From the NCBI GenBank assembly GCA_965261565.1, contig OZ253460.1, positions 187,951 through 251,950 of the forward strand: DNA of 64,000 bases, written 5' to 3'. The DNA comes from Amylibacter sp. (GTDB lineage: Bacteria > Pseudomonadota > Alphaproteobacteria > Rhodobacterales > Rhodobacteraceae). Of the stretch, positions 10,003-16,562 are shown piece after piece. The notes beneath the pieces were generated by a model. The model was not told where the DNA came from, ran no database searches, and worked only from the letters and a program-made list of their open reading frames with translations. Every line of letters begins with the position of its first letter. Positions within the stretch are counted from its first letter, which is position 1. Both the position numbers and the translations under genes were made by a program.

Positions 10003-10929
10003 ATGCCTACTAGCTTCTTTACTGCCGCTGGAAAGTTCCATCGTGGCAATCTGCATACCCATTCCACCAATTCCGACGGGGTTCTTTCGCCCGAAGAAGT
10101 CTGTCGGCGTTATCAGGCAGAAGGCTATGATTTTATTGCCCTGACCGATCATTTTGTTGGCCTGTTTGACTATCCGATCACGGATGCAACCGCATTTCAC
10201 AATGACCGTTTCACCACCATTCTGGGTGCCGAACTGCATACCGGCACGATGGAAAACGGCCATTTATGGCATATCGTAGCCGCAGGCCTGCCACGTGACT
10301 TCACTCCGCCTGATGCACCGCATTTTCGGCCCGTTGAAGGATCGGAAACCGCCGCAAGCATTGCTCAACGTGCGCGTGATGCAGGCGCATTCGTAGCCAT
10401 TGCACACCCGCATTGGTCTGGCATGTCCGAAGCAGATGCCCGCACTATTACAGCCGCTCATGCAGTAGAAATTTACAACCACGGTTGCATTGTCGACAAT
10501 GACCGTGGTGAAGGTTTTGTCACACTGGAACATCTCTTGAACGGGGGGCGCAGACTAAACCTGATCGCCACTGATGATGCCCATTTCAACACACCAGATT
10601 TTTTCGGTGGCTGGGTGATGGTCAAGGCGACAGAAAACACTCCCGAAGCTTTGCTTTGTGCTCTAAAGGCTGGAGAGTTTTATTCCAGCACAGGTCCGGA
10701 AATCAACGATATCCGTTTCACGAAAGACGGCATTGAGGTTGATTGCTCCTCTGCTGCAACCATTATCGTTCAAGGTCAGGGCACATCAATGGCAACCCTG
10801 CATGGTAAGACAATGACTACCGGACAGCTTTCACTGGACCGTCTATCCAACTCACCATGGATTCGCGTGACAGTTATAGATCATGCGGGTAAACGCGCAT
10901 GGTCAAACCCGGTTTGGCTTCCGAATTAA
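10003..10929 (+). CDS. PHP-domain metal-dependent phosphoesterase family protein
   Basis: 308 aa with NLHTHSTNSDG, ALTDH and IAHPHW histidine clusters typical of the PHP fold. Confidence 0.75.
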   Translation: MPTSFFTAAGKFHRGNLHTHSTNSDGVLSPEEVCRRYQAEGYDFIALTDHFVGLFDYPITDATAFHNDRFTTILGAELHTGTMENGHLWHIVAAGLPRDFTPPDAPHFRPVEGSETAASIAQRARDAGAFVAIAHPHWSGMSEADARTITAAHAVEIYNHGCIVDNDRGEGFVTLEHLLNGGRRLNLIATDDAHFNTPDFFGGWVMVKATENTPEALLCALKAGEFYSSTGPEINDIRFTKDGIEVDCSSAATIIVQGQGTSMATLHGKTMTTGQLSLDRLSNSPWIRVTVIDHAGKRAWSNPVWLPN

Positions 10930-11260
10930 AGGCAACTAAAATTATAGCGAATGTCAATCCGATACGAACTGGGTAATTAATATCTGTTTAACCAATCAAG
11001 AGCTTTTTGCGGTTATTAGAAGCAATGCTGGCTTCCCACACACAGTTGGCACACCCCACCGCCCTACTGTATCACTATCAGGCGCAAGGTGAAGGTATTC
11101 CACTCTTGGAAACCACGCGAAAGGATAAGTTAGTTGCGTACAGATACGTACCCAACAAAGATCTTATAGCTTTTTCTTTTTTTATTGCTTAGATTGAAAG
11201 ATTGCTAAATTTAGTAACCCAAATTAAGCTAAACTCTAAGTAGAAAATAATGAGGTTGGT

Positions 11261-11620
11261 ATGAAAAATTTATCTATGTCAATTATGGCTGTTTTCGCAC
11301 TTAGTGCGTGTAGTCTCGCATCCAACAGCGGTAGTGATAAAGTCTTAGGGACAGAAAGCCATCCGGTTGTAAAAATAAAAGAGAAATCCGAAGCGGCTGC
11401 GATATTGAGTGGCGGTGGGTTCATTATTCCTAGCCAGTGTTACAAAGAAGATGCTGATGCAGATTGCATTAGAAACTATCAGCGGGATTTAGAAAGAGCT
11501 CTTAGAGACTTTGACCCTAGAGCACTTCCGCCTGAGTGTAAAAACCCCGGGGCACCAAAAGGATGCTTTGATTACGGATTAGAAGGCCCACTTATATACC
11601 CGTTACCTGACAATAATTAA
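11261..11620 (+). CDS. small Cys-rich lipoprotein, function unknown
   Basis: 119 aa. Lipobox LSAC follows a hydrophobic N-terminus, with four further Cys. A GAGG is upstream of the ATG. The gene sits in visibly AT-rich DNA. Confidence 0.55.
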   Translation: MKNLSMSIMAVFALSACSLASNSGSDKVLGTESHPVVKIKEKSEAAAILSGGGFIIPSQCYKEDADADCIRNYQRDLERALRDFDPRALPPECKNPGAPKGCFDYGLEGPLIYPLPDNN

Positions 11621-11844
11621 TTCTTAAGTTTACAATTTACGATGGTAGTTTTTGCAATGCATATATTATTGTGCCAATGTCCTATAGCCTTGAAAAACAT
11701 CTTGTTGCAAATATCCTTATCATTTACTGAAAATGTTTGTTGTGGGTCACGTTATAATTTCCCCCCATATGTCCTCCAAAAGCACAAGGGCTACATATAT
11801 ATTCTGGGATTATTTTCGTAACTAGCTGTTTTTAATTATAAACT

Positions 11845-11862
11845 TTGGCAGGGGCTGAGAGA
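11845..11862. repeat. att core copy 1: exact 18-bp duplicate of the tRNA-Trp 3' end (TTGGCAGGGGCTGAGAGA on + strand)
   Basis: Identical to 12896-12913 and 14973-14990; the latter is part of the intact tRNA. Confidence 0.9.
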
Positions 11863-12012
11863 AACCACTACTTCGAAGAAAGTCATCGAAACCACCGCCC
11901 GATCCCCCACTCCGGGGCAGTTTTTGGGGCCTTTCGGGGTTGGCTGGACAGATGATCCGGGCGGGTGCCGTGGGTGCCAGTGGGTGAGGTCAGGGTGTGG
12001 GTGTGTCAACGG
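11863..12012. repeat. Arm A, copy 1 (~150 bp)
   Basis: Aligns end to end with 12914-13065, about 88% identical by hand alignment. Both copies sit immediately right of a core. Confidence 0.85.
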
Positions 12013-12093
12013 CTGTTTAGAGCTCATATTGACGTTCTATCATTTTTAATACCTACTTAAGTTCATTGAAAAATAGATCGCAGGAGGCACTCG

Positions 12094-12609
12094 ATGGGCG
12101 CGATAGAAGGTCTGCCGTTATTACTAACTGCGGCTGAATCAACAGCGCGGAAGTTCGACGAGAGCGTATCTGAACTACAAAAGCTAATGGAAGAACATGG
12201 CGGGCAAACTGTTTTTGTAAATGGTCTGCGAGTTGCGACCGTTCAGATTGAGATTGCCGTTGTTGGTGTCTTTTCTCTCTTCGAGGCACGGATGCAACAG
12301 CACATCCCAAGCGGTTCGTTCTTTAAAGGGGTTAAGTCTCACTTAATTGACGTGGGTCATCCCAAACTCGCGAATGATGTCTGGCATTATTACTTGGCGG
12401 TGAACGTGCTAAAACACGGGCTGGGTTCAAGTTACGATGAGTTGTGCGCGATCACTGACCTACCATTCGAAGTGAAACAACCAGGCGAGTATTTTTTTAA
12501 TGAGGGCGATATTGCAGAACCTGAAGGCCTGATAAACGTCACTCAGGCGGGTTTCTTTGAAGGGCTCATTCAAACACTAAATCAAACATACTTATCCCTT
12601 GAGGGCTGA
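12094..12609 (+). CDS. hypothetical protein (cassette 1 cargo), no family recognised
   Basis: 171-aa ORF with an AGGAGG RBS 5-6 nt upstream of the ATG. It is the only long ORF in the unit, and I recognise no motif in it. Confidence 0.6.
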   Translation: MGAIEGLPLLLTAAESTARKFDESVSELQKLMEEHGGQTVFVNGLRVATVQIEIAVVGVFSLFEARMQQHIPSGSFFKGVKSHLIDVGHPKLANDVWHYYLAVNVLKHGLGSSYDELCAITDLPFEVKQPGEYFFNEGDIAEPEGLINVTQAGFFEGLIQTLNQTYLSLEG

Positions 12610-12691
12610 TGGATAGTTTTGGATGGAGGACTGCTTTGTCCACACAGCTGTCCTTCAATACAGAAGTGGATAGTAGTAACAACTGTTCTTC

Positions 12692-12895
12692 TTCCCTAGC
12701 TCTTACCCATTACTAGTACCTAACCCCCTAGTCCCCTTATCCCTATCACATGCAAAGAGGCACCAAGACCTTTACTGAGTGACGCTACAGGGTGATAATC
12801 TAGTTGTCGGATATCGGGGCAATTTCCGGGGCAGTTTCGGGCCCAGGGTCACAGCTAGCTCCAAGCAATCAACACTGTACTATCCGGTAAGAACC
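12692..12895. repeat. Arm B, copy 1 (~204 bp)
   Basis: Aligns with 14770-14972, about 96% identical by hand. Both copies sit immediately left of a core. Confidence 0.9.
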
Positions 12896-12913
12896 TTGGC
12901 AGGGGCTGAGAGA
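12896..12913. repeat. att core copy 2
   Basis: TTGGCAGGGGCTGAGAGA, exact. Confidence 0.9.
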
Positions 12914-13065
12914 AACCCACTACTGCGAAGAAGTCTATCGAAACCACCGCCCGATCCCGCGCTCCGGGGCAGTTTTTGGGGCCTTTCGGGACTGGTTGGG
13001 CAGACGATCCGGGCGGGTGTTGCGGGTGCCAGGGGGTGAGGTCAGGGTGTGGGGTGTGTCAACGG
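12914..13065. repeat. Arm A, copy 2 (~152 bp)
   Basis: See arm A copy 1. It contains CCGGGGCAGTTT, an internal inverted repeat and G-tracts. Confidence 0.85.
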
Positions 13066-13340
13066 AGCGACAGCGGAGTGACTAGGAAGTGGAGTGGTTG
13101 TGGCGGTGTGGCGTGGGTGGTTAGGGCGTATTCTTTGACCATACAGGATGACAAGTGAATTTTGGCGAGGGGGGCGGTCAAATTTGACCATCGGTGCCTC
13201 ATGATCGCCTCATCGCGCTTAGCTTATAATTCTACCAGACTTTCACAAACCAGACGGTTTTGCCGGAAAATTGTGTTTTCTGGATCTCCGGGTTTTCAAC
13301 AGAATAAACCCCTAGCGGATATTCACTCGTAACACTTTTA

Positions 13341-13369
13341 TTGACAGCAACCTGAAACGCAAACATATT
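13341..13369 (+). promoter_or_regulatory. candidate sigma70-type promoter for the cassette 2 methyltransferase
   Basis: TTGACA (13341-13346), 17-nt spacer, then CATATT (13364-13369), about 110 nt upstream of ATG 13477. Confidence 0.35.
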
Positions 13370-13476
13370 AGAAACGGAATGCTGTCACTCGTTGACTTTG
13401 AATGGCAACAAAAAATGAACAAGCAAGGCGTCTAGGAAACTAGGGGCTATTCAAAACAAAATAGGAGTTGTTACGC

Positions 13477-14154
13477 ATGTCAGCCATTAGAAAATTTGCA
13501 CGTTCCGTTCTGCCCGAACGTGTTGTTGAATCTGTATTTGTCGCCCGTGCTCGAGCCGAACATGCTGCAAACCTGACCAAAGATCTGAAGCTTGATCAAT
13601 CGCTTTTGGACTCGGCGCAGTTGTTGTCGGATCGGATCGAGATGCTGAAACGTATGCCCAAAGGTGGCGTCGTGGCCGAGATCGGTGTCGCTCAGGGAAA
13701 GTTCTCACAGCTAATTCTGGAGCATTGTGAGCCATCCAAGCTGATCCTGATTGACCCGTGGGACCGCGAGGATATCCGCTATTCCGAAGAAAGCTATCTG
13801 GCGATCCAAAAGAACATGGCTGACGAGATCACTGCCGGCCAAGTCGAATTACGACGTGGGTATTCTTACGATGCGATCCCCGGCATTGACGCGGATTCCG
13901 TCGACTGGGTCTACATTGACGCCGCTCATGACTATCAATCGGTCAAAGATGACTTGGCGATGTGTGCACGTATTGTGAAACATGACGGGATGCTAGCGGG
14001 GCACGATTACATTAAATGGGTGTCCCCAACTTCACGCTACGGTGTTTTGGAAGCCGTGAATGAGTTTTCTGCAGAGACACATTCCCCATTTGTTTTCCTG
14101 ACAAATCAGTTAGACAAACATGACAGCTTTGCGCTACGTAACAATAAGCTCTAG
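13477..14154 (+). CDS. class I SAM-dependent methyltransferase (Methyltransf_24-like)
   Basis: VAEIGVAQG (motif I), LIDPWD, YIDAAHDY and AGHDY. An AGGAG RBS lies about 10 nt upstream of ATG 13477. The tracked ORF starts at TTG 13468. Confidence 0.8.
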   Translation: MSAIRKFARSVLPERVVESVFVARARAEHAANLTKDLKLDQSLLDSAQLLSDRIEMLKRMPKGGVVAEIGVAQGKFSQLILEHCEPSKLILIDPWDREDIRYSEESYLAIQKNMADEITAGQVELRRGYSYDAIPGIDADSVDWVYIDAAHDYQSVKDDLAMCARIVKHDGMLAGHDYIKWVSPTSRYGVLEAVNEFSAETHSPFVFLTNQLDKHDSFALRNNKL

Positions 14155-14670
14155 CAGCCTCGAGACGCGTCAAGTTTGAACGGGCTGTGTCACCAGAATT
14201 GCGCCGCCGATAGGCTTAAAGCGGCCCAAATCCGCTCCGGAAATTCAGCTAGAGTTAGACTTTTCTGGTGGGGATGGGTTGGATCGAGAGAGGTTTCATG
14301 CATGTCATGGTGCGGCATGCTACTGGAAGTCATCACGGCTGGGTAGAGCTGATCTCTTTTCATCAACAGAGTTTTCATGGAAAACACTTGAAAAATTAGT
14401 CATATGTGTTTTCTTATAAGACTTATTATGTTAACGAGCGATTTTCTACTGTCGTGCGTCCCAAGGGATAATTTGGAGTTACGGAGCTATCTTGAGATAA
14501 AAAGCCCACAGGGGGAGCGTATTATAGATCACATGAACGGGGGCGCATCAACTCTTGATAATTTGGAATCATTTTAAAATGCCCTATCCACTTGCCTAAA
14601 ATACTGAGGCTGTTTGTTGCCAACATAACTTGATCATTTTTTCTTGAATTGCGCAAACTCTAAAACAACC

Positions 14671-14769
14671 CCAACAAAAAAAGAGCAGACCCCCATCCCG
14701 AAAGCCCCACCACCGTCTAACTAGATTCAGGGTAGAGATAGGGCTAGGGATAAGAAGAGGATATCTCTA
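14671..14769 (-). repeat. Inverted arm-A-like module inside cassette 2, abutting arm B
   Basis: The reverse complement of 14671-14745 aligns with 4140-4215 at about 70-75% by hand, including the GGGGCTTTCGGG-type motif and a terminal T-run. Confidence 0.45.
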
Positions 14770-14972
14770 TTCCCTAGCTCTTACCCATTACTAGTACCTA
14801 ACCCCCACTCCCTTTATCCCTATCCCATGCAAAGAGGCACCAAGACCTTTACTGAGTGACGCTACAGGGTGATAATCTAGTTGTCGGATATCGGGGCAAT
14901 TTCCGGGGCAGTTTCGGGCCCAGGGTCACGGCTAGCTCCAAGCAATCAACACTGTACTATCCGGTAAACACC
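14770..14972. repeat. Arm B, copy 2
   Basis: See arm B copy 1. Confidence 0.9.
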
Positions 14973-14973
14973 T

Positions 14974-15049
14974 TGGCAGGGGCTGAGAGACTCGAACTCA
15001 CGACCCTCGGTTTTGGAGACCGATGCTCTACCAACTGAGCTAAACCCCT
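14974..15049 (-). tRNA. trnW: tRNA-Trp (anticodon CCA)
   Basis: 76 nt on the minus strand: AGGGGTT-TA-GCTC-AGTTGGTA-GAGC-A-TCGGT-CTCCAAA-ACCGA-GGGTC-GTGAG-TTCGAGT-CTCTC-AGCCCCT-G-CCA. The cloverleaf folds with one U-U in the T stem, and CCA is encoded. Confidence 0.95.
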
Positions 15050-15069
15050 AGAAAACCAAAGTGTGCTTC

Positions 15070-15097
15070 AATTAAGCAAGCTTTATAAGTTTTGCAA
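15070..15097 (-). promoter_or_regulatory. candidate promoter of tRNA-Trp
   Basis: On the minus strand: TTGCAA, 16-nt spacer, TTAATT, about 20 nt upstream of the tRNA 5' end. Confidence 0.3.
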
Positions 15098-15197
15098 GCG
15101 GCAACTTAAGCCTGTCGACAATAAAACCCAGGGGACTCGCATGTAGGGCGTTATGCGGTATAGTTAACATGGCCGCAAATTACCGGAGTTTCCAGCA

Positions 15198-16562
15198 ATG
15201 ACCAATGTTTTACGATCTGGTGCAGAGCCGCCCAAGGTCAAACTGGTCACCGAAGTGTGGGGTCCAATTCAATCTCTTATGGCGGCCCGACGCAATATCC
15301 TAGAGATCATTCCTGAGGTGGCTACAAAACAGCCGATCATTACGGGGCGCACGGGCGGCGTGCGCTGGCACATGGTCATGGAACCAAAGGCCATTGGGCG
15401 CATCCTTAAGGAAAATCTGGATATTTACCCCAAATCCGATGTCACCAAGAACCTACTAAAGCCCGCAATCGGTGATAGCATGTTCATTGCCGAAGGGGCG
15501 CACTGGCGTTGGCAACGGCGGGCGGCTTCGCCGGTTTTCACCCATCGTAATATTGCAAACCTCGCCCCGATAATGTCCATAGCGGCCGATGCAACATGTG
15601 AACGATTGGATAAGGCCGGTGATATTGCAGACCTATATGAGGAAATGGTTGCGGCAACTTTTGAAGTGATCTCGAACGTCACCTTCAGTGGATCCGGCAC
15701 GATGGGTAGTGCCGAGGTACACCACGCCATCAACAAGTACATTGACCAGACTGCGCGGGTTTCACTGTTTGACATCCTTGGTCTGCCTAGCTGGATACCA
15801 CGACCGTCGCGTATATTTCAGCCCAATGCCCTGAAACAGATGAAACGGATTGCCGACAATGCGATTGAAAGTCGCAAAGAAAACGGCGCCAAACCTGTAC
15901 CCGACCTGCTGGATTTATTGCTAGAAGGCGAAGACCCCGAGACAAAGCGGCAGATGAACATGGCCGAACTGCGAGATAATCTACTGACCTTCATCGTGGC
16001 CGGCCACGAAACCACGGCACTGACCCTGTCATGGGCACTATATCTGTGTGCTTTCGACCCACAGGTTCAGGATAAGCTGCGCACCGAGGTCTGTGCGGTT
16101 TTGCAGGGCCGTGTGGCCACAGCAGATGATTGTGCGGCACTGCCCTATACCGAACAGGTCATTAAAGAAGCCTTACGGCTATACCCACCAGCCGCTTTCA
16201 TTTCGCGAACCTCAAAGGCAAACGATACGCTTTGCGGGCGTGATATCAGGCGCAAAGACACGGTGATGTTGCCGATTTACGCATTGCACAGACATCATGA
16301 CCTATGGGATAGACCTGACCAGTTTGATCCAGAGCGTTTTGCCGATGACCATCGGCCCGAACGGTATTCTTATCTGCCGTTTGGTGACGGGCCTCGGATT
16401 TGTATCGGCGCACAATTTGCAATGATCGAGGCCAAGATTATTCTAGCCACACTGATTTCGCGGTTCCGGTTTGAACGGATTGCTGGGCGTGATCCAAAGC
16501 CTGTCATGGTTCTGACTTTGCGTCCCGAAGGCGGGGTTCCGCTGAAAATTACTCGCCTTTAG
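15198..16562 (+). CDS. cytochrome P450
   Basis: 454 aa with heme-thiolate motif FGDGPRICIGAQFA, I-helix AGHETTA and ExxR (EALRLYPP). Confidence 0.92.
   Translation: MTNVLRSGAEPPKVKLVTEVWGPIQSLMAARRNILEIIPEVATKQPIITGRTGGVRWHMVMEPKAIGRILKENLDIYPKSDVTKNLLKPAIGDSMFIAEGAHWRWQRRAASPVFTHRNIANLAPIMSIAADATCERLDKAGDIADLYEEMVAATFEVISNVTFSGSGTMGSAEVHHAINKYIDQTARVSLFDILGLPSWIPRPSRIFQPNALKQMKRIADNAIESRKENGAKPVPDLLDLLLEGEDPETKRQMNMAELRDNLLTFIVAGHETTALTLSWALYLCAFDPQVQDKLRTEVCAVLQGRVATADDCAALPYTEQVIKEALRLYPPAAFISRTSKANDTLCGRDIRRKDTVMLPIYALHRHHDLWDRPDQFDPERFADDHRPERYSYLPFGDGPRICIGAQFAMIEAKIILATLISRFRFERIAGRDPKPVMVLTLRPEGGVPLKITRL

Larger units (their letters stand above)
11845..12913. mobile_element. Cassette 1: core-armA-single gene-armB-core, integrase-less integrative element (~1.07 kb)
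   Basis: Bounded by exact core copies 1 and 2. It shares both arms with cassette 2 and contains only ORF 12094-12609. Confidence 0.6.
12896..14990. mobile_element. Cassette 2: core-armA-methyltransferase-noncoding tail-armB-core(tRNA), integrase-less integrative element (~2.1 kb)
   Basis: Bounded by core copy 2 and the core inside tRNA-Trp. Its arms match cassette 1. Confidence 0.6.

Noticed and set aside
11836-12027. 63-aa minus-strand ORF (His/Pro-rich) covering arm A1
   Set aside because: Arm A2, about 88% identical at DNA level, has no equivalent ORF of 60 aa or more. The composition simply reflects the C-rich strand. Not coding.
12692-12913. Possible terminal inverted repeats of arm B (reverse complement of its first 17 nt, GGGTAAGAGCTAGGGAA, versus its end plus core, GGTAAGAACCTTGGCAGG), which would make it MITE-like
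   Set aside because: Only about 11 of 18 positions match in copy 1 and fewer in copy 2 (GGTAAACACC). That is too weak to distinguish from chance.
12779-13039. 86-aa ORF (MTLQGDNLVVGYRGNFRG...) spanning arm B, core 2 and arm A, with a 60-aa twin at 14856-15038
   Set aside because: The two copies are identical only because the DNA arm is repeated. After the core the reading frames diverge completely, and the second runs antisense through the tRNA-Trp gene. Both start at GTG with no RBS. I treat them as non-coding att arm sequence.
14428-14577. 49-aa ORF (MLTSDFLLSCVPRDNLE...) in the non-coding tail of cassette 2
   Set aside because: No RBS, an AT-rich start context, and the internal peptide repeat merely mirrors a DNA direct repeat. 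There is no support for coding.
4086-14990. Idea that everything from the solo junction copy at 4.09 kb to tRNA-Trp is one large old island
   Set aside because: The intervening LysR, aapJQMP and PHP genes look compositionally like the rest of the window. The core-like sequence at 4090-4106 matches the tRNA-Trp core at only about 13/18. There is no arm B counterpart. This cannot be supported without comparative genomes.
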